A stretch of 64,000 nucleotides of DNA from Nageia nagi (taxonomy: Eukaryota > Plantae > Pinophyta), in the NCBI GenBank assembly GCA_050084985.1, contig JBITNC010000001.1:115506001-115570000 (forward strand), written 5' to 3'. The notes beneath the pieces were generated by a model that had not been told where the DNA came from, did not search any database, and saw only the letters and a list, made by a program, of their open reading frames with translations. The position numbers and the translations under genes were made by a program. Positions 22,245 through 36,155 of the stretch are shown one piece after another (position 1 is the first letter of the stretch; the number at the start of each line of letters is the position of its first letter).

Positions 22245-23066
22245 TATCTATGGGCTCTTCCGATGAAACATCTTCTACACGTAAATTTCCTCGAAAGTGT
22301 ATGCTATGTTCATTCCTTTTTAATTTGTTTGTTCAAGAAGATGCTACGACGGTCGTATTATTCGAATTAGCTGTTCTATTCTTAGGGTCATTCAAGAAGG
22401 GAAGAAATACAGAGATAGAGAACTATGATATGACACCTTAGATGTTCATTGGGAAGTTATATGTTGCAGCAATGTATAATAAAGTTTGTTGATTAAATAA
22501 TAAATAATTATGAAATATAAATTGAGTATATTAGTGAATTCTTTCTATCAGTATAGAAAGACTATTTATAAAAATGTAAGTTGAATATCATGATTATATA
22601 TTTTAATTGATAGTTTAATATAAGATAGTTATCATAGAGATAAGGTATGTAAAGTTTTTTTATAAATTTTTTTAGTATAATAATTTTTTTTTTTATCATT
22701 TAGGATATTTGTTAAACTGGTCCTTTGGTAAATTTAAAATGTTTCCTTCATATAAGTACTCAACTTGTTATTATAAATTTGTGATAATTTTGGCAACATC
22801 CTATGAGTTTATGATTTTTCATCCTAAATGTTACTTGATATCCCAATTAAATGGTGCATACCATTTAATAATAAAAATTCCTTTTTGTAGTATTAACATA
22901 AGTAAATATTTTAGTAGAAGTGTATCTACATATAAATTTATTGCATGATTATGACTTGCATTAGTTTAGAATAGAGGAAACATTTTTTCATATGAACACT
23001 GATGTGTTGACATTGAAGGATGCATGTATTATCCTCATCTTGACACTAATAAATATCTTATCTTCT

Positions 23067-24714
23067 TGTTTTTTCATTAAAAGGGTAAATTTATTAAATA
23101 AAAAGCAAAGACAAATTTTTTTTATGATAAGGTCCCAAAACCTATACTTACAAATATAGATATTCAATACATAATCAATATGGTCCTATTGATAAGCATC
23201 TACTAATTTGTGGGATCTAGTTGCTAGAGTTATAGGGATTTTCCTTCCTATAGTTACCTTTCACCATAGTCATTCATAATCTTACAGTGCTTCAAGTTAT
23301 AAGCATGTATTTTTATATTTGAGACTCTGAAGATAATATTCGTGCTTTCCAAAATCAAAATCTTTCATTAGTTTGTATGTATGATTAATTTCTTCAATGG
23401 AATTATTACGAATTTCTCAAGTTATTATTTTTTCCAGTTTTTTGTTTGATCCTTGCTTTACTAAGGGTGAAGTTTGTGAAGACTTTAGGGTATGCTTGTT
23501 CGATGTAGTCTACATTTTTAATTAACTTCCTTGAGTGGGATAACGGGATTGAAATACATAATACTCAATTCCTAGCATTAGAGATTCTCTAGGTGTGTTT
23601 ATCTCTACTATTCCAAAGATATACTCCTCGAGTCTACATTATTTATGGGTGTGCACTAATCAGGATCCTTCTTGTTCCCAAACTTACCACATTATTGGGA
23701 TTGTTTCATTTGAAATGGCATATGACTAGGGTGAGACTTAGAATATTTTGGATCCATCATCCTTGATATATCCTTACCACTCATATTTTCTTTATGTATC
23801 AATATTTTTATCAAGGGTTGATCCTCATCCATGTTACAATATTTCTTCCTACATAAGGAAACGTCAAGAAAAGAGGTTTAAGCTTTGCGATATGCTTTCT
23901 TTAGTTGATCTAACTCTTTAAAAGCAAAATAACAAATAAAGTATATTTCACTCTCTATAGTTTGAGTCCGTTCTTACCATGATGATGATCCTAATAGTTT
24001 AGGACCAAGATCTTGAGGTCTTCATCTACACAACCATTCTAGCTTCACTCTTGTTATTCCATGAGTCTATATTATATTTAGTTTGCTCATCAAGGTATAG
24101 AAAGATACCAATAATATTACCAATTTTAAAAATATAATTATCACTCCAGAATTGTAATGGTAAAGCATAAAGCTTTATCCAAATCGAAAATCCATCAACC
24201 ATTTTACTTGACGGATCAAAGTTTGGCATTCATGATCACATCTAGACACCTCTTTTCTCAAAAAACCATGTGTATCTATATAATTATAAATCATAGATTA
24301 ATCTTCCTTCTTATCAAAGATCATAATAAAAACATTTTGGGGAAGTAAGACAATGATTGACTCACATTTCATGCAATCCTTGGTGAACTTCTCCAGAGCA
24401 TCATTGCTCAATCTTTATCCTCTGATTTCACAAACTAGAGTTATTTTCATATAGTCTATTCCATGAGCAAAATTTGAATTGGATAGGTGTACCACCAATA
24501 AAGGACTAGGTTATCATCTTGTAACATTGTCTTCTTCCTTTGATCACTCCTATAGTGAATATAGAGGTTTATTCCTCCATTTAAAATGCATGTGTGCTCA
24601 CTCTTCTTTTGATTTGAATGCAAAGAATTAGATCTCTAGCTCCTAGGGCTTGTGTTTTCTCTCATAGATTTTGCACAAAAATTTGTGGTTTCTTACATCT
24701 CCATATGTCCACTT
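23067..24714 (-). mobile_element. Short L1-derived element carrying ORF1 only
   Basis: ORF 24026-24229 PNFDP...IWIKLYALPLQFW....IGNIIG.F..LD matches plant L1 ORF1. T-rich tail at the left end. Candidate TSD TCTTATCTTCT at 23056-23066 versus 24715-24725 (one mismatch; perfect in the B' copy at 39977-39987). Confidence 0.72.
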
Positions 24715-25507
24715 TCTTATTTTCTCTTTTATTGTTTAGTTATGGAAGAACTTAATATATGAAACAATTTAAGACTTGAAAATTATTAAAGAATATTAGT
24801 TTGAATTTGTAAATTATTATTCAATATTAGAACATAAGGTTGATATTGTGAACATTCATATAAAAATTTAATGGATTTTATTTATAATTTGTTTAAATGA
24901 AAGTGTATTATACTTTTATAAAAAAGGGGGTCTAAACCATGTATGGGCATTAATGATTTAATTTAATCATTACACTATGGATTTTCTTAAAACTCTTTTT
25001 TAATGAATATCCATTAATTTTAAAGTAGTCGTAATACAACATAAGCTTGAACAATCATGGACATTTAAAAATATTTTTTGACTCTTTGTGGAGGCAAAAA
25101 ATGATCAAGGAGGTACTACAAAAATTTCCTTATAATATGAAATGTTATATCTTGTCAATTGTTGTTAATAATTTATTTACTAAAGATCTTATAAATAATG
25201 ACTACTACTAAATTCATAGAAATAATATTCATATGTTCCTTATTGTCATCTTATTATAAAAAAGTATTATTTTCATTTGAAAAAATATAAATCAATTAGT
25301 TGACATCTATAAAATATTTTCACATATGCAAACATGATTATATATTTAAGGAAAAGGAAATTTTCATTTCAAAATAACATACAAATTTTAATAAAATAAA
25401 TATAGTTTAATAAAAAAATATTATTGATTATCTAAAGGGCATATAATAGTGTACTTGAAGAAAAGTCTCTTTAAACCTTATAATGTAACATAGAGGATGA
25501 CCAAAAA

Positions 25508-26510
25508 TAAATTGCTTTACATTGTTGGTAGCACACAACAACATTATGATTTAGGAAAATATAGAGAAAAGGGGATTCATTGAATGTATTATATGTGTAA
25601 TATGTAATCAAGAGGAATAAACTATAAAATATCACTAAAAAATGAAGCAACATAGTAAAATGAAGTGCTAGTTTATATAAGCAATCCAAAAAATATTTAG
25701 CAACGCTTTTTGATTATCTCATAAAAGTTCACTAAAGGATGAAGCAACATAATCATTTTAAAGTAACTAGATATTACATATGGGATCTTATTTACTTTTT
25801 AAATAAATGAAAGAGGATTAGAAGGGTATTCATTGAAACCATTAGATGTCTAATGTGTAATAAAGATGAAGAAAATATAAAACACCTCATGTTTTTAATC
25901 CACCTAAGCTAGAATAATCTATAATTAGTGGCACTACATATTTAATTGAAAAGAATGGTTTCCTCTAGATGGCAAGAACATATAAGATTATTGGACTCAT
26001 AGTATTTTCAAGTACGAATCAATGATAACAATTTGGAAGTTCATATTAAGCTTTATTTGGTGACAATTATTGTTGAAACATAATAACAAAGTATATTAGG
26101 GATTATGATAATAAGATTATTTGAGATAATACACACCAAAGTAAAATAATAGTGTTAAATGATAATGGAAGAATAAGATATTTAGGCACAACTTTGGAAA
26201 CAATTGTAGAATAAAAAAAAAGGTATATAAGGGAGCAATATACTCTAGTGAAAGCAACCCTTTATAGATAAAAATGAAGTACAAGTTAAAGAGCATGGAA
26301 ATAAGAGATCATGGATAGATAAAAGCCAAAAAAAAAAAAAAGATATTTAGCATCTAGCTAAAAATAAGAAAGGTAAAAAATAGGAATGTCTAAACTAACC
26401 AATTTTTGAATAATTTTTTATCTTTTATTCAAAAAATATATATTCATTATTCACTTATTTGATGGTATAAATTATTATATCATTTTCTCCATAATTACAT
26501 TTGAATATTA
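25508..26510 (+). mobile_element. Old LINE ORF2 zf-RVT fragment(s) within a locally repeated block
   Basis: Near 25845 reads RCLMCNKDEENIKHLMF (zf-RVT CxxC..EE..HL); a second decayed copy near 25590; homologous block at 50535-51210. Confidence 0.55.
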
Positions 26511-26697
26511 TCTAGAGAATATTTGTTGGGAATTTCAAGTTTGTAATAGAATAAGGTTATAGTTTATATAACTAATCTATGAAAAAGTTGGCAAGGCTTT
26601 TGGAAAATAACTTATCTCATAAAAGGTCATTAAATGAATTAGCAACATAATCATTTTAAAATAAATAGATATGACCTATGGAATCCTCTTTACTTTT

Positions 26698-29600
26698 TTT
26701 AGATGAAAAAGACTTTTTATATTACTTAAAATGTTTTTCTACAAAAAGGTTGGGTGGAGTTAAGCACACCTTGTAGACTACCAAAACCACAAACTAACTA
26801 CTAAGAGCTAGGAAATGATTACAAAACTCACACATGATAAGGAGCATGCTAAAAAATAATAGTGAGTACCAATAATTCCTCAAGGTTCACCAACAAAAAA
26901 TACAATCTCCAAGGTGACCAACAACATAAAATAACTCATCCATCATGAGAAGATGGTGGGTGGAAGTTGTTAATAAATTGTATGTGTTCCCAACCTCCAC
27001 CCTCATAAGCAACCATATTCCATCCATCATTACAATTAATTATGCTATAATTGGTACATATATCAATATCATGAGCTTGTGGGGGTGAGGAATTTGAGAT
27101 ATCTCTCCATACCATAATTAGGGATGAAATTTTTGGTAGAACATTCCATCAGATCTGAGAATGAGAGGTAGTATCCTCTCTAGATCGAATGAATTTGGGA
27201 TTTTGTGAAGGTTACAATTAGTTTCAAGGAAAGTTCACAAAAGTGACATTAACAAAAACACATCATAATGGAACAGGGGTACGACTACATGATTAATACC
27301 AATGAGCTCCATGAGATCATTCTCAATGAGGAAAAAATTCATCAGGAGGGACATAGCTAAGAGTGGAAGGAGCATTCCCCTAATGGTCTAGTAAATTACA
27401 TAAGTGCAAAACCTCCACATGGACTTTCTCAACTTAAACTATAATCTGCAACTAGCAATCATAGAAAATAGCATATTTATTAGCCAAAAAAAAGGTGGTC
27501 AAAGGTGCTTCTTAGCCAAAAATAATATTATTTTATGTTTTCTTAAGATAGTAGGGAATACTAGTTCTAAAACTATTCTAGACTTGGTCTAAGGGCTTTG
27601 AAAATTAGAGTTGAACCTTGAGAATGCATGAATCCAAGAACAAGGAGACACTAATAAAGGATTAAAAAAGGAAAGAATCTAGTCCCAAGCTTGCTTAGCC
27701 TTAGCACATGACTTAAAATATGGATAAAGTCTTTAGAATCTTGACAATAAGGAAAAGTAGGATTAACCACCTCCAGATATGTATGTCAATGCCCAATAGG
27801 AAGATCTTAATGCAGAATACTCCGAATAAAGAAACTCTACTTAGGTTCAATATACTTAGCCCAGGAAATAGAAAAGCATAGATACCACTGAGATTGGGGG
27901 AAACAAGATCCCATCCAAGATTAAGCCTTTGACACATAGGGAAGTTGGGAGAAAACCAAGACTCATGAGTAACCATGATGGGGCTTATGTTTAACAAAAG
28001 CCATATGCTTTGGCCAAAACCAATCCGACCATCACTACTTTGTCATATGCTTTAAGTTGGTAAATATACCAAAAAATCTCCCACAAATGCTAGTTTTTGG
28101 TATGAGAATTAAAAAAGTGAAGAATGGACCCAATTCCCTTCCTATAAAATCTCAAAGAACAAACCCATTGAACTTGAGAAAGAAGCATCCCATCATAAGA
28201 AAAATCTTTATACCATCATACATTAAGTGAATCCATAGAAGCATCGATAGACTTGCTTTGAATATGCCAACTAAGGAAGGGTTTAAGGGATTCCTAGGCT
28301 TTCCAAATACTCTTAATTACAAAAGAAACTAGAATTATGATAGCAATAAGAATAATGAGGAGGTTATGAAAAAGAAAGCCCCTTCTAGGATTTCTTGCCA
28401 AGCAATGTAATAGCTAACCAAAAGCTTCCAAGCTTCATTTCCCTCCAAATCCCACATAATCCATTTTCCACATAAAGCAAACCCTTGAAAATTGCAATAA
28501 AAAAGACCCATGGTACTAGCTTCCTTGGAAGACAACAAGTTTCCCAAGACACTTTGTGAATCCTTGCTTATGGACATGAGATGCCCATATGAAATCTCTT
28601 AAGCTTTTGATAGCAAGCTTCTTGATGGTCTAGTAACTCAACTTTTTCTCAACCTTTTGGACCACAAAATTCCATAGCTAAGAAGTGGAGGTATAAAGAG
28701 GTAAAAGGAATTCCAAACAATTTAAACATTTCTCCATCTTGAATCCCTTTCTAGGGTAATTGATCAACTCAATTATGGATGGAATGTAGGGATTGCTAAT
28801 AGAATTTGATTTCTTACCATTGAATGCTGGAACTAGAAGAAAGAAAAAAGGTATCCGAATATTTCAAGGTAGATCTAACAGATTGTTCATTCTTATGAAG
28901 GTGAGAAAAGAGTCATCAATAAAATTATCATTCAAGGTTTGAGCCTGAGAATTGGTAAGGGAGATGCCTTGAATAAGATCTTGAGAAACATGATGGGATA
29001 AAAGGTAGATAAAAGCTTCTATAGCTAGTATAAATAATAAGGGAGCAAGATGAAAACCTTGGTGAACAAAGCATGCAAGAGAGATACTTTCAAATTGGGA
29101 ACCATTCATTATGAGCATAGCAAAAGAATCCCTGAAGAGCATTCTAATAAAAGAAATAAAGGAAGGGCCAAAGCTAAGAGTTGTAACCATAATTGTGATA
29201 AAATGCCATTCAATCTGATCATGGGCCTTTTCAGAGTCAATCTTAATAAACAAAGCCTCTTGGTCTAAAGAACAAGCCCATTCCATACATTCTCAAATAA
29301 CAATGATATTGTTTAAAATATAATAACCTTTAACAAATTCTTTTCACTTAGGATACAAAATCTAAGGTACAAGGGGTTAAAGTGTAAGGGTTAAAGCCTT
29401 AGCAATAATTTTGTAACTAGCATTCAACAAAGTAATTAGGTACTAATTTGTAATGCATTTCAGATAATCAAGCTTTGGAGTAAACTTGGTATTACCCTTA
29501 TTAAGCATAGGCCAAAAGAACCCATTGAGAGAGCTTCTTTGTACACCTAAAAAAAGGTTTGGCCCTTACATGTCCCAAAATTCTTTGTAAAATTCATAGG

Positions 29601-32472
29601 GAAAACCACCAATACCAAGGGTCTTATCATTAGCCATATGAGATAGAGCATTCTTTAGATCCTCTAAAGTAAGGGATGTATCACAAAATTCCCTATGATC
29701 TTGTGATAGCTTATGATGTACAACACAACATTCCTTTAGAACTTGGTGATGAATTAGAGAGAGAGGCTAGGAAGCAAAAACCTTATGATAATGAGCAATA
29801 CAAGTAGAGATGATCTCAAGAAGAAAGGTGAGGTGAACACCATCAGACTAAATAGCATTGAATTAAGACACATGAATAAGAAGACAAAGGCATCTAAATA
29901 AGTCTTTAGAGACTTTATCCCCAACATGAAACCAATTAAGATAGGAACAGAGTTGAGAATCTTTAGCCTCATAAAGGTCAACTTTCTAAATTTCATAGTG
30001 AAGGGCTACCACATAAGCTTGACAATGGCCAAAAAATGGATTATCTTCAAGGATCCATGTGGCCCAAGCAAACTCAGCTTTGAGAATCTATTTGGATTTT
30101 CATCTTTGTTTAGTAAACTTAACCTTGAGGGTGCAAAGAACTTTACAAGTGCGGAGGATGGAATTATTCCACCATTGAATCCAATTAGAGGATCCAGTAG
30201 GTATCAAAATGAGGTTCCATATGTGTCTAATATGAGCTCTCAAAAATTGAGACTGTAGAAAGGAAGTATTGAAGTAAAATTTAGAGCTAAAAATATGGAT
30301 AGGAGATTAATAAAAGAAAATGGTAAAGAGAATAGCAGCATGATCAGATAGGGTGGTGTTAGGGACCATAGAGACATAAGGAAGGGCAAATTAGTCATTG
30401 AAAGTGAAAAAGATTACTTTTAGAGAGCGTAGCTCTATCAATACTTTTAAGAACACGAGCAAATTTAGCTTGAAAATTAGACCAGGTGAACCAATGTGCT
30501 TTTAAAATACCAAAAGGAGAGAAGATAGCATTAGAATTAAACAAACTAAGCTTATTTTTCAAAAACAACTAATCCTCTCTTTCCTTCAAATTTCATCTCA
30601 TGGAGTTTTAACTTTTCTAATCAAAGTGCTTTTTCACCATATTAAAATCATTGTAGAGGACCCACATGGGAAAGGGAAGAGAGATAGCAAGCCAATGACA
30701 TAAATCTCTTCTTTCATGAGCATCATTAGAAGCATAAATATTGATAATACCAAATGGCTTCCTCGAGATTTCAAGCAAAACCCAAACAACTTGCTGAGAA
30801 GGATTAATACCCTAAGAAACCATAATCGATTTCCACTTAGAAGATATGAAAGTGATAATACCACCTTTCCTAATTGAATGATTGGTATAAAAAAAGGACC
30901 TCATGACCAAAGAAGGGAATAAGTACATTGGAGAATAAAATTAGTAATTTTAACTTCTTGTAAAAAGACAAAGTTAGGTGTTCCATAAGAGTGAGTGATA
31001 TCATCAAGCACACCTTAGCCTATGTACTTACAGGTTGGGTGTATAAAAAATCTTACATTCCATGAAAAAAATATCATGGAGAGGCTTTATGAGTGAGAAG
31101 CTCCATGGCATCCTTGGAATCCACCAAAACTTGTAGGGATTCAAAAGAGTTGCATGCACCTTGTTGGACTACCACCTGGTAGTACTTTTCTACATGATCG
31201 ATGAAGCTTGCTTCCCAAACTATCCTACATCCTATAAATAAGAAGAGGCATATCCATAATGGATACAAACAAGGGGCTAGACTAAATAGAATTTAGCAAA
31301 GGATTTCAGGTAGATGCTCGAGCAGGCAAGAAGGCTGAGTTGATAACTGAAGGCATTTGAGTGATATTAACACACTTCAAAGGTTTCATGTATGGGATAA
31401 CCAATGCCATGGAAGTATAAACTTGAGGTTCAAGTATAGCAATCGAATCTTGTGGGATAGAGTGGCAGGCATGATGATTGTTAACTATGATCCATTCATC
31501 CTCTTGACCTTTATTAGAAGGTGGTGGGTGGGAAGATGATGTCAGGGGAATAGAGGGTTTATCCTTGAATCTACCAATCATCAGTGAGGCATTCATGAAT
31601 CTTTTAATCAGGAGACTAGAAGTAATAGTAGATATTTAAGAGACCAATGAACTCCACCCTTTGATGTAAACCCTTCTCACCAATATTAATATCTATGAAT
31701 TCGAGAAGGTCATGATTCAAGTCTATCTTAACACAAACTCGAGAAGAAGGCTGAGTGGAAAAGAAACCTCTCAAGTTCAAAGAAGATAAATTGATCAATG
31801 TAATCACCTAAACACTTTAAAAACCTCCATAGGAGAATGGGAAGACTAAGAAATTCCACCAAAATAGGGATGGCAACATCAAAACTTGGTGTATAAGGTT
31901 GAAGGACCAAGAGAGAATTACAAACTATCTAGGTACCCTTATTAAGAACTTTCTGGGCATGCAATGGGTCAAAGAATCAAAAAAGGGAAAAACCTTTAGT
32001 AAGGTTTTGTACATTTTCAACTTTAACACCATAAACACTCCACATTTGACTTACCCAAGTGTGCAGGAGGGTGTCACTAGGAATACGAGGAAGGAAACAA
32101 CCCACAAGGGTGTGTGACTCAAACCAATGGCAAGTATTATGAAATGCTTCTACAGGAATGATAACTTGAGGGACATTAGCATGGCCTCATGCTCTACTTT
32201 CGGTAGAAACTTGTGAGGGTGCTTATCGAGTGTCATATTCCTCTCCAACTACTTCATGCAACAATCAAGGACCATTACGAGAGGTGACAATACCTAAAGG
32301 ATAATGCACTGCCTAAGGCAGCATAAAGGCACAAATGTGCTAGGATGGAATAATCCTGCAAAAAATATAAGGATTAATACGGTATGATAAGGGAGATGGG
32401 AAAACCCTAACAAATTTGCATGCATGTAGAGGACAACTAGCTAGGCTCTGCTTTGCTTCCTGGATCATTCTC
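26698..32472 (-). mobile_element. Full-length decayed L1 LINE (ORF1 + EN-RT ORF2)
   Basis: RT motifs KIDSEKAHDQIEW and VHQGFHLAPLLF (28864-29286); endonuclease start MIFFSWNVR near 31077; ORF1 motif SRVCVKIDL (31616-31807). TSD ATCCTCT[T/A]TACTTTT at 26683-26697 and 32473-32487; T-tail at the left end. Confidence 0.9.
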
Positions 32473-33025
32473 ATCCTCTATACTTTTGAATAATCAAAAG
32501 TTCAAAATAGTAAAATGAAAAAGTAGTAAACACACCAATATTTTTCAAGATAATGGTCTTCTCTTAAAATAAAAATAGTTAACTTGATTAGGATTGGATG
32601 GTTAACCTATGATTTAAATTTATGCTTTCAATTTTTAAAAGTTTAAGAAAATATCCTACTACATTTTCGAGTTGTTATATTGGTTCTTTGAGGTTAGAAT
32701 TTTATGAAATGTTTAAAGGAAGAAAAAGTACTTATGGTTGTAATACCTATAGAAATAGTTTGTGCAAAGGAGATACTAAAGTTTAGTTGGCTAATTTCAT
32801 AAATGATTTTTATTTAACATTTATAAAAAATTAAAATGAGTGGACCTTTTTGTCAAAACAATATGAAAAATAAGACTAACTTGCTTTAATTTTTTTTGTA
32901 TTATTATGCACATAAACTTTAACAAAAATTTTAATAAAAAAAAATTTCTAAAATAAAATAAATACACTTAAATTCAACAAAATTTTACTGATAAGATTTA
33001 ATATAATTTTAATTTTACTATAAAA

Positions 33026-33060
<35 letters not shown>

Positions 33061-33132
33061 GAATGAATGAGACTCGTAGTAATTGTACTATATCGTATTA
33101 AAATCAAATGATAAACTGCGATACTACTTCAA

Positions 33133-33394
33133 AAGCCATCAATGGTTGACAAAGAAAATGTTGGTCCCGCACAAACATTAACATCGTGAGGAAGACCAGG
33201 GCGTGAAAGATAATGCGGATCACGCGGAAACATTAACCTCAATCACAAAGAAGAATAGGACATGGATTTCATATCGCGTGGAAGCCAAGATGCTCTTAAA
33301 CTTGTCCTTAAAAGGAAAATACCAACCCACTTCTCAACAATTTCGTGGTACGAGGGAATTCAAGGATCGAGTCTAATCCCTAACTTTCATGAAG
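33133..33394 (+). promoter_or_regulatory. Diverged paralogue (P2) of the DUF4220 promoter/leader, truncated at the junction
   Basis: AGGGAATTCAAGGATCGAGTCTAATCCCTAACTTTCATGAAG matches 19371-19412 at 36/42; the start AGCCATCAATGGTTGACAA..AAAATGTTG matches 19141 onward. Confidence 0.65.
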
Positions 33395-33418
33395 TATATA
33401 TATATATATATATATATA
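33395..33418. repeat. (TA)12 at the B / inverted-A junction
   Basis: Absent from both parental sites (48665 and 19712). Confidence 0.9.
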
Positions 33419-35030
33419 CTTTCCAAGTTTTGGATGATTTGACTGAATACAAAAAAATGAAAGTCTTTACGTACTTCGATGGGAAAAAATATCTTCATGA
33501 TGATTTCCAATAAAAAAATAAAGTCATCCTGACATTGACATTCTTCTAATAACAACAATTTACTATAGTATCCTGCTGTAAATGTGGTTTAAAAAAAATT
33601 ATATACAATTAACAATTAGCTAATTACAAAAGAATAGAAAGACTAAGGTACTTACCGCGTAGTTTAAAATTTGTTTCTTTCTAGCCAAGGTGGCTGAGTC
33701 CACCGATGCTTGATTCTTGATGAAAGTGAAGGATTGGACTCGATCGTTCAATTCCCTATTACCAGGAAATTCTTCAGAGTAAATATTCCCTTTTCTTCGT
33801 TAACCAGAAGCTGGCAAGCATCCTAGCGTTACATGCCATATCTATTCCACGCCTTATTATTTGTTATTATTCCCTTGTGATCTTCATTTTCTTCCATGTT
33901 AATTCCACAAACTGTTCTTCTTTATGATGACGATAAAGTTTCTGGCTGATCAACATTTTCTCTTGTCATTATCAATCATTGGTGGCTTCATGGAAGAATT
34001 GGAACAAGTTTTTAATAGATTTTTCTTGGATAAAGTTAAATGATAGGTTATGAAAGATGTGAAGTTACATTAATACTTCACATACATTAACCTTTACCAT
34101 TTTGTTTACATAAAAATAAAGGTTACATTATAGTTTCCTATATTATAATAGGAGCCATCTAGCTAAGAGATTTATCGTCCCTCTATAATATGTATGTCAT
34201 CTTACGATATATTAGTGTATTTTATTATTGGTTTTTTTTTTTTTTTAGATTCGTAAAAATTATTTAGTATAAGTAGATTTGCAATTTTTTTTTTGCATAT
34301 TAGTTTCACGCATATACACAAATTAATATGTAAAAAAATAGGTTGAAAAAAATTGAGACCCAAAAATGCAAATTTTCTAATAGATCGAAAATGATATTTA
34401 GAGAATTTAAATCCATGTCACTCATGTCAAAGTCCAATGTCCTAAGTACTATACCAATATTACATTCAACAACATGCCTTATGAATTTTTTTATTTAACT
34501 TATACTTGACATATTCGTAAAATTACTTTTGCATTATAGTTTCATGAATATACCTCACATGATAAATTTTTTTTTCTTACTTATCAAATTAGAGTTGTGA
34601 GATTGCCTAGGCTGGCAAAAAGTCCCTTAGCTAGACAACTTCTATTGTAAATTATTCGTCTATTATCATTGTACATTTGATAGGACTCTTAAGCTTACAA
34701 CCTTATGTTTGTAGCAAGTAAGCAACTAATTATTGATTTTGAATGTTTTATATATGAACTATGTACATACCAAACTCAAAATATTTTCTTGTTCATCAAA
34801 ATTATTTTACCTTTGATGGTAAAATTAGTATCAGTTTAATACTATTTGGTCATTTTAATAAACTATATTGATATCAAATCTTTAATATATTATAGCTTAT
34901 GAAAGATGTGAAGGTAAATAAATGTTTCATATAAAGGTTGCATAATAGTTTAGCATATTATACGATAGCTTGATATTATTATTGTATAAATTATGGTATA
35001 GTCTTACAATTATTAGGAGCCTTAATTTAT

Positions 35031-36155
35031 TGTTAGAATTTATAATGTAATATTGTGCAATATTTCTCTTTAATGTAAATTTACTCAATGCTTAAAGTAT
35101 ATTTAGATACCTTAAAGCATTAAGGGAATAAATATAGAAATATCCTTAACTTTACCCTTGGATTAAAAGAAGGTTAAAGAGTGGCTTTCTTCTTATAAAT
35201 AGAGAGATAGCCCCCTTCTCATTGTAATATATAACTATTAAGCAAGCTTGGCTCTAGGTTTAGGGTTTGGAGAGAGAGAATAAATTATGTAAAAGAGGTT
35301 TTTGAGATTAAGAAGATCTTAGTTAATCGATGTACTCCTAAGGAGGGAGGAACCACTTTATATCTTATGTTATTTATGAGATTGGCTTATGTTCTTATGC
35401 TATTTGTTGATGTTGTAAATGCCTTCTTGAGATCTTTGTTAAAATGAAGATTTATTCGGTTAATTTCATCAAGTGGTATTAGAGTAATTTTATTAGATAT
35501 CTCATCTCAACTTAGTGATTGATCAAGTATACTTACAATAAAACCAATTGTGGTTAATAATTGTATTGTAAATAATTTTGTCAAATGTTATTATAGTGAG
35601 TCTCAAACTAAAATCTTGTTTATTCCTCAAAGATATAAAATTTCTCATCTCCACTTGTATTTCTATGAAGGAGAAATCTCTCTTACTCTCTCTTTTTTCT
35701 ACACTATCCTAATATTACATTAAGGGGGAGTGTTAGAATTTGTAATGTAATATTGTGTAATATTTATCTTTAATGTAAATTCACTTAATGCTTAAAGTAT
35801 CTTTAGATATCTTAAAGCATTAAGGTAATAAATATAGAAAGGGTAATAAATATAGAAATATCTTTAACCTTACCCTTGGGCTAAAGAGAGGTTACATAGT
35901 GGGTTTCTTTTATAAATAGAGAGGTACCCCCTTCTCATGGTAATATACAATTGTTAATTAGGCTTTGCTCTTGGTTTATGGTTTGGAGAAAGAAGAGATT
36001 TTGTAAGAGAGGTCCTTGAGAATAAGAAGATTTTAGTTAGTAGTTGTACTCCCAAGGAAGGAAGAAATACTTTATATCATTTGTTATTTATATTGATGTT
36101 GTAAGTTTCTTCTTAAGATCTTGGTAAACTATAGATTAATTCAAAAATTTCATCA
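35031..36155 (+). mobile_element. Passively duplicated copy of the TRIM
   Basis: LTRs 35031-35471 and 35731-36155; PBS at 35474; PPT 35721-35730; same TSD (TTTAT) and same flanks as 16960-18112. Confidence 0.9.

Larger units (their letters stand above)
23111..33394 (+). repeat. Segment B (direct duplication, copy 1)
   Basis: Collinear with 38570-48665, a few percent substitutions plus indels. Confidence 0.95.

Noticed and set aside
33262-33558. Chimeric junction ORFs as de novo genes
   Set aside because: Short, run through the (TA)n tract (YIYIYI), and have no homology or coding signal.
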